Below are positions 9,829 through 20,411 of a DNA stretch of 64,000 nucleotides, piece after piece. Made by a program: the position numbers and the translations under genes. Within the stretch, counting starts at the first letter, position 1; the number at the start of each line of letters is the position of its first letter. Source of the DNA: an uncultured Aliarcobacter sp. (GTDB lineage: Bacteria > Campylobacterota > Campylobacteria > Campylobacterales > Arcobacteraceae); contig CAXXLV010000001.1 of NCBI GenBank assembly GCA_963664305.2, forward strand, positions 936,458-1,000,457, in the 5' to 3' direction. Under the pieces are notes generated by a model, which was not told the DNA's origin, ran no database searches, and saw only the letters and a program-made list of their open reading frames with translations.

Positions 9829-11163
9829 ATGAAACTATTCGGAACTGACGGTGTTAGAGGGAAAGCTGGCGATTTTCTAGATGCAATTACTGTATTAAAG
9901 TTAGCAAAGGCTGCAGGTATCTATTTTAGAAAACATTCTACAACAAAAAAAATATTAGTTGGAAAAGATACACGTAGAAGTGGTTATATGATAGAAAATG
10001 CACTTGTAAGTGGATTAACAGCAGTTGGCTACGATGTAATTCAAATTGGACCAATGCCAACACCTGCAATTGCTTATTTAACGGAAAGTATGAGATGTGA
10101 TGCTGGAATTATGATAAGTGCTTCACATAATCCTTTTGAAGATAATGGTATTAAATTCTTTGATAATCATGGTGATAAATTAAGTGTTGCTGCTGAAGAA
10201 GAGATTGAAAAAATATTTAGTGATGTTGAATTAATGACAAATGAGCAAGTAACTGGTAAAGAAATCGGTTCATCAAAAAGAATTGATGATGTTATTGGAA
10301 GATATATCGTTTCAATTAAAAGTTCTTTTCCTAAAGATTTAACTCTTAGAGGTCTTAGAATTGTTCTTGATTGTGCAAACGGAGCAGCATACAAAGTAGG
10401 GCCTACGATTTTAGAAGAGTTAGGTGCTGATGTAATAACAATTAATAATAAACCAAATGGATTTAATATTAATGACAATTGTGGAGCAATGCATCCTGAA
10501 ACAGTGGCAAAATTAGTAAAAGAATATAGAGCTGATATTGGATTAGCTTTAGATGGTGATGCTGATAGATTGGTTGTTGTTGATGAAAATGGTGAAATTG
10601 TTGATGGAGATAAATTAATAGGTGCACTTTGTGCTTATTTAAAAAACGAAAATCTTTTAGAAGGTAATGGTTGTGTTGCAACAGTAATGTCAAATAAAGC
10701 TTTAGAAGATTATTTAAACAGTCATAAAATAAAACTATTTAGATCTAATGTTGGAGATAAATATGTTTTAGAAGTAATGAAAGAAAAAAATATAAACTTT
10801 GGTGGTGAACAAAGTGGACATATTATTTTTTCTGATGTAGCAAAAACAGGAGATGGATTAGCATCTGCTTTACAAGTTTTAGCATTGATTATTAAATCTG
10901 GAAAAAAAGCAAGTGAAGTTTTAAATCCATTTGAATTGTATCCTCAAATTTTACATAATATGAAAGTTAGTGAAAAAATACCATTAAATGAAATTAAAGG
11001 TTTAGACGAACTTTTAAAACCTTTAAGAGACAAAGGTTTAAGAGATTTGATTAGATATTCAGGAACTGAGAATAAAATAAGACTTCTTTTAGAAGGTAAA
11101 AATAAAAAAGATGTTGAAGATGGAATGCAAACTTTAATATCATTTTTTAAAAAAGCATTATGA
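9829..11163 (+). CDS. glmM: Phosphoglucosamine mutase
   Basis: [27 protein letters not shown]. Confidence 0.96.
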   Translation: MKLFGTDGVRGKAGDFLDAITVLKLAKAAGIYFRKHSTTKKILVGKDTRRSGYMIENALVSGLTAVGYDVIQIGPMPTPAIAYLTESMRCDAGIMISASHNPFEDNGIKFFDNHGDKLSVAAEEEIEKIFSDVELMTNEQVTGKEIGSSKRIDDVIGRYIVSIKSSFPKDLTLRGLRIVLDCANGAAYKVGPTILEELGADVITINNKPNGFNINDNCGAMHPETVAKLVKEYRADIGLALDGDADRLVVVDENGEIVDGDKLIGALCAYLKNENLLEGNGCVATVMSNKALEDYLNSHKIKLFRSNVGDKYVLEVMKEKNINFGGEQSGHIIFSDVAKTGDGLASALQVLALIIKSGKKASEVLNPFELYPQILHNMKVSEKIPLNEIKGLDELLKPLRDKGLRDLIRYSGTENKIRLLLEGKNKKDVEDGMQTLISFFKKAL

Positions 11164-11627
11164 AAAAAGAGTTAAAAATTGCAGCAACTATATTTGTAGT
11201 TGTATTTATTATAGACCAAGTTGTTAAATATGGTTTTGCAAATTTAGGTTGGGATGTTGATGGTCCTTATATGTCTTTAAAATTGGCATATAACTATGGA
11301 GTGGCATTTTCAATGTTCTCTTTTTTAGAGCATTATTTGAAATATATTCAATTATCAATAGTTTTAATAGCTATGATTTATTTATTTATGAATAAAGATA
11401 TTTTTAAAGAGTATTATGTGCCAATAGCATTACTTTTTGCTGGTGGGCTATCAAATATACTTGATAGATTTACTTATGGTGGAGTAGTTGATTATTTTTA
11501 TTGGCATCATTGGTTTGAATTTGCAATTTTTAACTTTGCAGATGTTATTATAGATTTAGGTGTAGTTATAATAATTTACAAGCAAATTAAACAATCAAGA
11601 GAAGAAAAGAAGAAAAACGAGATTTAA
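11160..11627 (+). CDS. lspA: Lipoprotein signal peptidase II
   Basis: DQ..K, N.GVAFS, N..DR, VVD, FNFAD. Confidence 0.94.
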   Translation: MKKELKIAATIFVVVFIIDQVVKYGFANLGWDVDGPYMSLKLAYNYGVAFSMFSFLEHYLKYIQLSIVLIAMIYLFMNKDIFKEYYVPIALLFAGGLSNILDRFTYGGVVDYFYWHHWFEFAIFNFADVIIDLGVVIIIYKQIKQSREEKKKNEI

Positions 11628-11697
11628 TACTAGATTTGTAGCTTAAAATAAATTTAGATATAATCCAACAAATTTTAGAAAATGACAGGAATATTTT

Positions 11698-12978
11698 ATG
11701 GGTCAAACGATAACAGAAAAAATTTTTAGTGAACATGTAGGTAAAGAAGTTTATGCAGGTGAAATCGTAAGAAGTCCAATTGATATGGTAATTGGAAATG
11801 ATATTACAACTCCTATTTCAATTAGAGCTTTTGAAGATGGTGGTTTTGAAAAACTTGCTAATCCAGATGGTTTTGCAATTGTTTTAGACCACTTTATCCC
11901 AGCAAAAGATATAGCTTCAGCTAACCAAGCAAAAATCTCAAGAGATTTTGCAATGAAACACAATTTAAAAAATTTCTTTGATGAAAAAGATATGGGAATT
12001 GAGCATGCATTATTACCAGAAAAAGGTTTAGTAATCCCTGGTGATGTTATTATTGGAGCAGATTCACATACATGTACTCATGGTGCATTAGGTGCTTTCT
12101 CAACAGGTATGGGAAGTACAGATATCTCTTTTGGAATGATTACAGGTGGTAACTGGTTTAAAGTTCCAGAATCAATCAAAGTAGTATTCAAAGGTAAACC
12201 AGCACCATTTGTTACAGGAAAAGATTTAATTTTAGAAATTATTAGAATTTTAGGTGTTGATGGAGCCTTATACAAAGCTTTAGAATTTACTGGTGATACA
12301 ATTCAATATTTATCAATGGATGATAGATTCTCTTTATGTAACATGGCTATTGAGGCAGGTGCGAAAAATGGTATTGTTGCATATGATGAAATTACAAAAG
12401 AATTCTTAGATAAAGTAAGTGCTGCAAATGGTGGATTAAGAGCTGAACCAAAAATTCACTATTCTGATGATGATGCAAACTATTGTCAAGTTATTGAAAT
12501 AGATGTAGCAAAATTAGAACCAGTTATTGCATATCCTTTCTTACCATCAAATGGTCACTCAGTTTCTCAAGCAGTTAGTGATAATATTAGAGTTGATCAA
12601 GTATTTATAGGATCATGTACAAATGGAAGATTAAGTGACTTTAAAATGGCTGCAGAAATTTTAGCAGGTAAAAAAGTAGCACGTCACGTAAGACTTATTT
12701 TAACTCCAGGAACGCAAAAAATTCTTAGAGAAGCAACAAAACTAGGTTACATTGACACTTTAGTTGATGCAGGTGCAGTTGTTTCAAATCCTACATGTGG
12801 TGCATGTTTAGGTGGTTATATGGGAATTTTAGGAGATGGAGAAGTTTGTATTTCTACAACTAATAGAAACTTTGTTGGAAGAATGGGAAGTAGAAGTTCA
12901 AAAATCTATTTAGCAAATAGTGCAGTTGCAGCAGCATCTGCAATCTCAGGATATATTACAGACCCAAGAAGTTTATAA
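11698..12978 (+). CDS. leuC: 3-isopropylmalate dehydratase large subunit (short aconitase-family type)
   Basis: DSHTCT.GA, GSCTNGR, CGACLG, TNRNF.GR. Confidence 0.88.
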   Translation: MGQTITEKIFSEHVGKEVYAGEIVRSPIDMVIGNDITTPISIRAFEDGGFEKLANPDGFAIVLDHFIPAKDIASANQAKISRDFAMKHNLKNFFDEKDMGIEHALLPEKGLVIPGDVIIGADSHTCTHGALGAFSTGMGSTDISFGMITGGNWFKVPESIKVVFKGKPAPFVTGKDLILEIIRILGVDGALYKALEFTGDTIQYLSMDDRFSLCNMAIEAGAKNGIVAYDEITKEFLDKVSAANGGLRAEPKIHYSDDDANYCQVIEIDVAKLEPVIAYPFLPSNGHSVSQAVSDNIRVDQVFIGSCTNGRLSDFKMAAEILAGKKVARHVRLILTPGTQKILREATKLGYIDTLVDAGAVVSNPTCGACLGGYMGILGDGEVCISTTNRNFVGRMGSRSSKIYLANSAVAAASAISGYITDPRSL

Positions 12979-13580
12979 TGAATATACTTCCATTTGAAAT
13001 ACCTTGTGTAATTTTAAGTGGAGGTAAAAGCTCGCGAATGGGAGAAGATAAATCTCTTCTTCCTTTTCTCAATAATGATTCAATAATAAAATATCAATAC
13101 CAAAGATTAAAACCCTATTTTAGAGATATTTATATCTCTTCTAAAACAAATAAATTTGATTTTATAGATGAAAAAAGTCTTATTTTAGATGAAAATAAAG
13201 ATATCTATTCTCCAATACTAGCATTAGATACAATTTTAAGAAAATTGAAAAAACAAAAAGTTTTTATAATAACAGTTGATACTCCATTTGTAACAATTGA
13301 ATCAATAAAAAAACTTATTGATGAAGCAACAGATGTTGATATATGTATTGCTCAAACTGAAAAAATACATAATCTATGTGGAGTGTTTTCGTCAAATATA
13401 AGTTTAACTATTAAAAAAATGATAGAAAATGATATACACAAAATTTTTTATTTGATAAAAAATAATAAACATAAAATAATAAACTTTTCAAATGATGATG
13501 AATTTATGAATATTAATAATAAAAATGAATATGACAAAGCAATAGAATATATAAGTAATAATTATAATCCATATAAATGA
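12978..13580 (+). CDS. mobA: Molybdenum cofactor guanylyltransferase
   Basis: LSGGKSSRMGEDK, VDTP, NIN motifs. Confidence 0.85.
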   Translation: MNILPFEIPCVILSGGKSSRMGEDKSLLPFLNNDSIIKYQYQRLKPYFRDIYISSKTNKFDFIDEKSLILDENKDIYSPILALDTILRKLKKQKVFIITVDTPFVTIESIKKLIDEATDVDICIAQTEKIHNLCGVFSSNISLTIKKMIENDIHKIFYLIKNNKHKIINFSNDDEFMNINNKNEYDKAIEYISNNYNPYK

Positions 13581-13661
13581 AAAAAGTGAATTTATAAGTA
13601 TATTATTATATCTTTTTAGTTATCCTAGTACTATATTTTTTTATACAAGAAGGAAACTAAA

Positions 13662-15128
13662 ATGGCTAAAAATGAACTTGAAGAAGCGTTAGAACTTGTT
13701 GATTCAGAGATAAAAAAAGCTGGAATATCAAGAAGAGAGGCTTTTAAGTTAGCAGGATTAGGTAGTGCTGCATATTTAATGGGGACAAACACTGCAGAAG
13801 CTAATACTGAAGCAAAAGCTAGTGAAGCTACAGGGAAAATTGTTATAGTTGGAGGAGGATTAGCTGGTATTTCAACTGCAGCAAGATTAGTAAATACTTT
13901 ATCAAATCCTGATATAACTATTATTGAGCCAAATCCAAAATCTGTAACTTATCAACCTGGAACTACATTAGTTGCATCTGGTCTTTATAAAAAAGAAGAT
14001 GTAGATTATGATACAAAAGATTTTTTACCAAAAGGTGTAACTCTTTTAAAAGATAAAGCAGTGGATTTCAATCCTGAGTCAAATTCAATAGCTTTAGAAT
14101 CTGGTGATACAATAACTTATGATTTTTTAGTTGTTGCAGCTGGTATTACATTAGACTATGGAGCAATTAAAGGATTTGAAGAAATCGGTGATGCATATAC
14201 AGCTGGAGATGCTTCAAAAATATTAAAAGTATTTGGAGATTCAGGAATTACATCAGTTTACAATGTTGATTCTGCTGTTGCTATGTGGGAACAAATGCAA
14301 AAATTTATACAAAAAGCTAAAGATGGACAAAAAGTAAAAGGTATATTTACAGACCCAAATACTGCAATAAAATGCGGTGGAGCACCTAAAAAAGTTATGT
14401 ATTTAACAAATGCTAGATTAAATGAAGTAAAAGCTAGAGCAAATGCTGAATTAACTTTTTATGCAGATAGTGGAAAATTATTTGGTGTAAAAGAGTATGC
14501 TGATGCAATTGAAAAACAATTTATTGCAAGAGATATGAAATGGAATTTTAACCACAATTTGGTTGGTGTAGATATTTCTAAAAAAATTGCTATATTTGAC
14601 AAACACTGGCAAGAAAAAGGTGCATATGATAAAGATTTAGAAGAGTATGAAATGGTAACTAAACATCAAAATGTAGAAGTACCATTTGATTTCCTACACG
14701 TAACTCCTCCTCAAAAAGCTCCAGATGAAATTGGAAAATCTGCAATTGGTTCAGCAAAAGGTTGGGTACCAGTTGATAAAGAAACATTACAACACGTAAA
14801 ATATAAAAATATCTTCTCTTTAGGTGATATTGCAGCTGTTCCTATGGGAAAAACTGGTGGAACAGTTAGAAAACAATATAAAGTTTTAGTTGACAATTTA
14901 GTTTCTGTTATGGAAGGTAAAGAACCAACTGCAAAATTCGGTGGATACACAGTTTGTCCATTAATTACAGATATTGGAAAAGTTATGCTTGCAGAATTTG
15001 ATTGGACAGCAAAACCAACTCCATCTTTTCCTCTTGATCCTACACAAGAAAGATATATTTGGTGGTTATTAAAAGTTTATTTATTAAAACCAATGACACA
15101 ATATGGTATGTTAAGCGGTAAAGCATAG
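13662..15128 (+). CDS. Tat-exported FAD-dependent oxidoreductase, sulfide:quinone oxidoreductase-like
   Basis: SRREAFK twin-arginine motif, GGGLAG FAD fold, YQPG, KCGGAPKK, LGD, GYTVCPL, LAEF. Confidence 0.75.
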   Translation: MAKNELEEALELVDSEIKKAGISRREAFKLAGLGSAAYLMGTNTAEANTEAKASEATGKIVIVGGGLAGISTAARLVNTLSNPDITIIEPNPKSVTYQPGTTLVASGLYKKEDVDYDTKDFLPKGVTLLKDKAVDFNPESNSIALESGDTITYDFLVVAAGITLDYGAIKGFEEIGDAYTAGDASKILKVFGDSGITSVYNVDSAVAMWEQMQKFIQKAKDGQKVKGIFTDPNTAIKCGGAPKKVMYLTNARLNEVKARANAELTFYADSGKLFGVKEYADAIEKQFIARDMKWNFNHNLVGVDISKKIAIFDKHWQEKGAYDKDLEEYEMVTKHQNVEVPFDFLHVTPPQKAPDEIGKSAIGSAKGWVPVDKETLQHVKYKNIFSLGDIAAVPMGKTGGTVRKQYKVLVDNLVSVMEGKEPTAKFGGYTVCPLITDIGKVMLAEFDWTAKPTPSFPLDPTQERYIWWLLKVYLLKPMTQYGMLSGKA

Positions 15129-15136
15129 GCTTAATT

Positions 15137-15379
15137 TTGAAAAAAGAATTAACAATTTTTGTAAGCATTCTTATAGTTTTAACTGTAGGAATGCATTACA
15201 AAGAGTTTTTAAATCATCCTCTAGAGCAAATAATGAATTTAGAAAATTCTGGGGCTTATGGTTTAGGATTATTTCACCCTTTAGTATTTACATTTATTAT
15301 TTATATTATAATTTTATTGCCGAGATTAGTTTTCAAATTATTTAAAAGGAAGTCTAATGAAAAGAGTTTTAAAAAATAG
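15137..15379 (+). CDS. Small membrane protein
   Basis: TTG start, two hydrophobic helices, sits between co-oriented genes. Confidence 0.6.
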   Translation: MKKELTIFVSILIVLTVGMHYKEFLNHPLEQIMNLENSGAYGLGLFHPLVFTFIIYIIILLPRLVFKLFKRKSNEKSFKK

Positions 15380-16547
15380 TGTTTTGATTTCATTTCTATT
15401 ATTTAATGGATTTGCTTATTCACAAGAAGCAGAAATATTAAATAAACCAACAGAAGCAGTTTATGAATTAATCAAAAAAAGTAACTTAGAACAAGTTGAT
15501 TTTGATTATGTAAAAAAAGCAATAGGTAATGGAAATAGAAATTCTGCAACATCAATATTAATTGATGCACGACCTGAACAGAAATATCAAAGAGGAACAA
15601 TTCCTTCAAGTTTAAATATCCCAGATACAAATTTTGATGACTATTATAAAGTTTTAAAAGAGATCCCAAAAGATAAAGAGATTATTGTATTTTGTGGAGG
15701 TTATAATTGTGTAAAAAGTCCAATTGTTGCCCAAAAATTAAAAGAAAAAGGTCATAAAAATGTAAAAGTTTATTCTGCAGGTGAACCAGAATGGGCTAAA
15801 AAAAGTTATTTAGAAATTGATACATCGGTTATTAAAGTATATCAAGAAAATAACTCAGCATTTATTGTTGATGCAAGACCTTATGTAAAATATCTGCAAG
15901 AAACGATTCCTGGAGCTATTTCAATTCCTGACACAGATTTAGATAAATTAATAGGTAGATTTCCAATTAATAAAAATGAAAAGATAGTGATTTTCTGTGG
16001 TGGATTTAATTGTGAGAAATCACATATTGTTGCAAATAGATTAATTTCTTTAGATTATAAAGATGTAACTGTTTATGCAGGAGGTCTTCCTCAATGGAAA
16101 GAATTAGGTCTTTCTACAACTACAGCTCCTAAAGTAAAAAAAGAAGAAAAAGCTGAGAAAAAAGACCAATTTAGTAAAAATGGACTAAAACTTGGTGTTG
16201 ATGAGGGAAGTGTTGACGGAGAATGGTTAAAAAAATTTATTCTTGAAGACAAAGTACCAGAGTTTATCCAAATTGTTGATGTAACTGCTCCTAATGAGTT
16301 CAAAAATGGACATATTAAAGGTGCAATAAACATAGAAGCAAGTAAATTAACAGCTGATGAATTATTTAGTAAATTACCAAAAGGGAAAACTATCGTATTT
16401 AATTGTACAGCAGGTGGTAGATCTATTGAAGCATGGGCAAAACTAAAAGCAAATAAATTTGATATTTCTGAAGTTTATTATCTTGATGCAAATATATCTT
16501 GTAAAGGTAATGATTGTAAAATTGAAGTAAATGAACCTTTAGAATAA
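15357..16547 (+). CDS. Exported triple-rhodanese (sulfurtransferase) protein
   Basis: Signal peptide; three D.R/D.T..G.I..A units with Cys loops FCGGYNC, FCGGFNC, NCTAGGR. Confidence 0.85.
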   Translation: MKRVLKNSVLISFLLFNGFAYSQEAEILNKPTEAVYELIKKSNLEQVDFDYVKKAIGNGNRNSATSILIDARPEQKYQRGTIPSSLNIPDTNFDDYYKVLKEIPKDKEIIVFCGGYNCVKSPIVAQKLKEKGHKNVKVYSAGEPEWAKKSYLEIDTSVIKVYQENNSAFIVDARPYVKYLQETIPGAISIPDTDLDKLIGRFPINKNEKIVIFCGGFNCEKSHIVANRLISLDYKDVTVYAGGLPQWKELGLSTTTAPKVKKEEKAEKKDQFSKNGLKLGVDEGSVDGEWLKKFILEDKVPEFIQIVDVTAPNEFKNGHIKGAINIEASKLTADELFSKLPKGKTIVFNCTAGGRSIEAWAKLKANKFDISEVYYLDANISCKGNDCKIEVNEPLE

Positions 16548-16572
16548 TAAAGTTTCAGTTTTTTATATATAA

Positions 16573-16606
16573 AAAAAGGGATAGAAGATTTCTTCTATCC
16601 CTTTTT
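16573..16606. terminator. Bidirectional intrinsic terminator
   Basis: AAAAAGGGATAGAAG-ATTT-CTTCTATCCCTTTTT between convergent genes. Confidence 0.8.
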
Positions 16607-16624
16607 ATTTGTTTTGTTGCAAAT

Positions 16625-16981
16625 TTATTTTAGTGCAGCTTTAGCAGTAACTACTAATGATGCAAATGCAGCAGAATCATTCATAGCCATATCAGCTAAG
16701 ATTTTTCTATCTAATTCTAAACCAGATAATTTTAATCCGTTCATGAATCTTGAGTAGTTAATATCATTTAATCTACAAGCTGCATTGATTCTTATAATCC
16801 ATAATTTTCTAATGTCTCTTTTTTTCTGTCTTCTATCTCTAAAAGCATAAACTAAAGATCTTTCTAATTGTTCCTTAGCTTTTCTAAAGTGTTTTCTTCT
16901 ACCACTGAAGAATCCTCTAGCAGCTTTTAATACTTTTTTATGTCTTCTTCTTCTTACAACACCAGTTTTAACTCTAGGCAT
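16625..16981 (-). CDS. rplT: 50S ribosomal protein L20
   Basis: MPRVK, R.LWI.RINAA, LDRK.LA. Confidence 0.97.
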   Translation of the reverse strand: MPRVKTGVVRRRRHKKVLKAARGFFSGRRKHFRKAKEQLERSLVYAFRDRRQKKRDIRKLWIIRINAACRLNDINYSRFMNGLKLSGLELDRKILADMAMNDSAAFASLVVTAKAALK

Positions 16982-17084
16982 ATATATTTCCTTTCTTTAC
17001 CATTATTTTTAATAAGGTGTCAGCATATGCTGAACTTATCCATCATCGATGGAGGGACAAAAAATTACTTAATATTTTAAGTAA

Positions 17085-17282
17085 TTACGCTTTACATAAT
17101 GCTACAAGTATTCTTCCAGCATCTGTACTATGTACAGTTTTTGGTCCTCGTAGATTTCTTTTTCTTTTTTGAGTCATTTTAGTTAAGATATGGCTTCTGA
17201 AAGCAGAACCTCTTTTGATTGACCCGTTTTTCTTCACTTTAAATCTTTTTAAAGCGCCACTAACACTTTTCATTTTTGGCAT
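17085..17282 (-). CDS. rpmI: 50S ribosomal protein L35
   Basis: MPKMK...A.KRF; located between infC and rplT. Confidence 0.96.
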   Translation of the reverse strand: MPKMKSVSGALKRFKVKKNGSIKRGSAFRSHILTKMTQKRKRNLRGPKTVHSTDAGRILVALCKA

Positions 17283-17426
17283 TTGAAGAATCCTCCTTAT
17301 AAATTTGCATTTTCATTAAATTATGAAAAAGTTTTGGATTATACTTAAAAATAGTTTAGTTTAAGTTTAAATAAATAAAAGTTTTAGGGAGAAGAAGAGA
17401 AAAAATCTCTTCTTTAAATTTGAGTG

Positions 17427-17954
17427 TTAGTCTTTTTTAGGAAGAACTAATAAGTTTACGTATCTTCCTTCTAGTTTTGGTTCTTTATCCATTACAGCAA
17501 CATCTTCTAGCATAGGCCAAATTTTGTTTAAAACTTCAATACCAGATTGTGGGTTAGCCATTTCTCTACCTTTTAGAAAAACTCTAAATTTTACATGGTT
17601 CCCTTCATCTAAAAATTCTCTTGCATGTTTTACTTTGTAATTAATATCATTTTCTGCAATTTTAACAGAAAGTTTGATCTCTTTAATTACAATAACTTTT
17701 TGATTCTTTTTTGCTTCTTTTTTCTTTTTTTCTTGTTGGTATCTGAATTTACCATAATCCATGATTTTAGCAACTGGTGGTTTAGCATCTGGTGCTATTA
17801 ATACTAAATCTAAACCCATTTCATCTGCAAGGCTTAATGCATCAGCAGTGCTTATAATTCCATGATTAGTTCCATCATCACTAGTACATCTAACTTCTTT
17901 AGCTGTAATCATTTCATTCATGATTACATCATCTTTTCTTTTGTCTTTACTCAA
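17427..17954 (-). CDS. infC: Translation initiation factor IF-3
   Basis: [22 protein letters not shown] start overlapping the thrS stop. Confidence 0.95.
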   Translation of the reverse strand: MSKDKRKDDVIMNEMITAKEVRCTSDDGTNHGIISTADALSLADEMGLDLVLIAPDAKPPVAKIMDYGKFRYQQEKKKKEAKKNQKVIVIKEIKLSVKIAENDINYKVKHAREFLDEGNHVKFRVFLKGREMANPQSGIEVLNKIWPMLEDVAVMDKEPKLEGRYVNLLVLPKKD

Positions 17955-19759
17955 ATTTTGCTCCCGTTTTTGATTTCATTTAGCATAGTGATGAATTCAT
18001 CTTTGCTCATGTTTGATTGTTCTCTAGTTCTTCTATTTCTTAATGCTACAGATTTATTAGCTACTTCTTCATCTCCAATAACAACTATCATCGGAACTCT
18101 TTGTTTTTCAGCCATTCTGATTCTTTTGTTTAAACTTTCGTTCATATTGTAAATTTCAGAATCCATATCATTTTCTAATAAACATTTTTGTAATTCTTTA
18201 GCATATTCTACATGAGTATCTGCAATTGGTACAAAAATTACTTGAGTTGGAGCAATTATAAATGGGAATTCTCCAGCACAATGTTCAGTTAAAATTCCAA
18301 TAAATCTTTCAAATGAACCTAAAATTGCTCTATGAATCATAACAGGTTGTTCTTTTTCACCTTTTTCATTTATGTATTCAACTTCAAATCTTGAAGGTAA
18401 GTTCATATCAACTTGAACTGTTCCACATTGCCATTTTCTTCCAATAGCATCAAGAATTTTAATATCAATTTTTGGTCCATAGAAAGCTCCACCACCTTCA
18501 TCAATTCCATATGATATATTGTTTTCATCTAAGGCATCCATAATACCTTTTGTTGTTTTTTCCCAGAAAATATCATCACCAATAGCTTTTTCAGGTTTTG
18601 TAGAAACTTCAATTTCATATTTAAAATCAAAAACTTTTAATAAAGTATCAACAAATTCTAATACTTCAAAAATTACTTGTTTTATTTGGTCTTGTGTACA
18701 AAAAATATGTGAATCATCTTGAGTAAATTCTCTTACTCTAAATAATCCATGCATTGCACCACTCATTTCATGTCTATGAACAACACCATATTCAAAAAGT
18801 TTTTTTGGTAGTTCTTTATATGAAACTAGATTGTTTTTAAATATTTGAATGTGTCCAACACAGTTCATTGGTTTAATACCATACTCTTGGTCATCAATAG
18901 TAGTAAAATACATATTTTCTTTATAGTTTGCATAGTGACCAGATATTTTCCACATTTCAGCTTTTAAAATTTCTGGACCTCTAACAGGTTCATAACCTCT
19001 TATTCTATGAGCTTTATATAAAAGATGTTCTAATTTACTTCTTAATCTTGCACCTTTTGGTAACCACATAGGAAGACCAGCACCTACATCATCGTTAAAT
19101 GTAAATAGTTCTAATTCTGTTCCTAATTTTCTATGGTCTCTTTTTTTAGCTTCTTCAAGCATTTTTGTATAATCAAAAAGTGCTTGTTTATCAAAGAATG
19201 CAATTCCATAGATTCTTGTAATCATTTCATTCTTTTCATCACCACCAAGATAAGCTCCAGCTACTCTTGTTAATTTGAAACTTCTAATCATTCTTGTATT
19301 TGGTAAGTGAGGACCTCTACATAAATCTTCAAAATCACCTTGTTTATAAATTGTTAGAGTTTTATCTTTGATATTTTTAAGAACAGCTTGTTTTAATTCA
19401 TCATTTTTGAACTTTTCGAAGAATTCTTCTTTTGAGGTTTCATGTCTTGTGATAGGAAGTTTTCTATCAGCGATTTCTTTCATTTTCTTTTCAATAGTAG
19501 ATAAATCGTCATCTGAAATTTTACTCTCTACTTTGAAGTCATAGTAAAAGCCTTCTTTTACAACAGGTCCAACGAAGAATTTTGCTTCAGGATAAAGTTC
19601 TTTGATAGCTTGAGCCATTAAGTGAGCACATGAGTGTCTTAAAATATCTAAAGATTCTTTTGAATCATCAGCTTTAATCTCTTCTCCTTGGATATTTAAC
19701 GCTTCTGCAGTTTGAAGGTCATAAATTTGACCATCTTTTAATATACCAATAGGTTCCAA
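17951..19759 (-). CDS. thrS: Threonine-tRNA ligase
   Basis: RHSCAH, DLCRGPH, RDHRKLG, KPMNC, FYGPKID. Confidence 0.97.
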   Translation of the reverse strand: MEPIGILKDGQIYDLQTAEALNIQGEEIKADDSKESLDILRHSCAHLMAQAIKELYPEAKFFVGPVVKEGFYYDFKVESKISDDDLSTIEKKMKEIADRKLPITRHETSKEEFFEKFKNDELKQAVLKNIKDKTLTIYKQGDFEDLCRGPHLPNTRMIRSFKLTRVAGAYLGGDEKNEMITRIYGIAFFDKQALFDYTKMLEEAKKRDHRKLGTELELFTFNDDVGAGLPMWLPKGARLRSKLEHLLYKAHRIRGYEPVRGPEILKAEMWKISGHYANYKENMYFTTIDDQEYGIKPMNCVGHIQIFKNNLVSYKELPKKLFEYGVVHRHEMSGAMHGLFRVREFTQDDSHIFCTQDQIKQVIFEVLEFVDTLLKVFDFKYEIEVSTKPEKAIGDDIFWEKTTKGIMDALDENNISYGIDEGGGAFYGPKIDIKILDAIGRKWQCGTVQVDMNLPSRFEVEYINEKGEKEQPVMIHRAILGSFERFIGILTEHCAGEFPFIIAPTQVIFVPIADTHVEYAKELQKCLLENDMDSEIYNMNESLNKRIRMAEKQRVPMIVVIGDEEVANKSVALRNRRTREQSNMSKDEFITMLNEIKNGSKI

Positions 19760-19869
19760 TAATTTCCTTTTTTTCTTAATTATTTATTAAATTATGCCTA
19801 TTTTACCTCAAACTGACTTAAAGTTATTAAGATATGACTTAATTTAGTGAAATTTCGTTACAATTAGAC

Positions 19870-20388
19870 ATGATTTTAAACGTATCTAAAATAAAAACAG
19901 AAAGCTTATTGTTATTTTGCAAAGATTTGATTTTATCGTATAAAGATAAGGTTGATGTAAATGATTATGGTATGGATAAAGAGGTAATTGAGAAATTTAA
20001 TAATATTGGAAATGATATGTTAAAACAAATTTTAAATGTTACTTTTCCAGAAAAATATTATTTACAAAATAGAAAGCATTACAGAATTAAAGCAGTTTTA
20101 GATGGATATAATTTTATAAATAATGAGATATCTAAAAGTTTAAAAGAGAATGAAGCCTTTAATCCTTCTATGTTGTATTTTTCACTACTTGCAGTGTGGT
20201 TTAAAGAATTAAATAAAGAATCACGTTCAAAAGAGTATATCTTTTTTCTTTTGTATCCTTATTCACAAGTTTATGATAAATTGCTTGTTGAAATTAAAAA
20301 TAAAGAATTTAGGACTTTAAATATTAAAATGATTGAGCTTGCAGAAAATGTAATTTACAAGCTTGACAAATATAATTTTGGAAAATAA
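19870..20388 (+). CDS. Hypothetical protein
   Basis: 172-aa ORF filling the gap; no motif recognised. Confidence 0.6.
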   Translation: MILNVSKIKTESLLLFCKDLILSYKDKVDVNDYGMDKEVIEKFNNIGNDMLKQILNVTFPEKYYLQNRKHYRIKAVLDGYNFINNEISKSLKENEAFNPSMLYFSLLAVWFKELNKESRSKEYIFFLLYPYSQVYDKLLVEIKNKEFRTLNIKMIELAENVIYKLDKYNFGK

Positions 20389-20411
20389 AAGAGGCTAGCC
20401 TCTTTTATTTT
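20382..20411. terminator. Bidirectional terminator (30-bp perfect palindrome)
   Basis: AAAATAAAAGAGGCTAGCCTCTTTTATTTT between convergent stop codons. Confidence 0.75.

Noticed and set aside
11698..12978. leuC without an adjacent leuD as a sign of a novel pathway
   Set aside because: Split biosynthetic operons are common in this group, and leuD may lie elsewhere in the genome.
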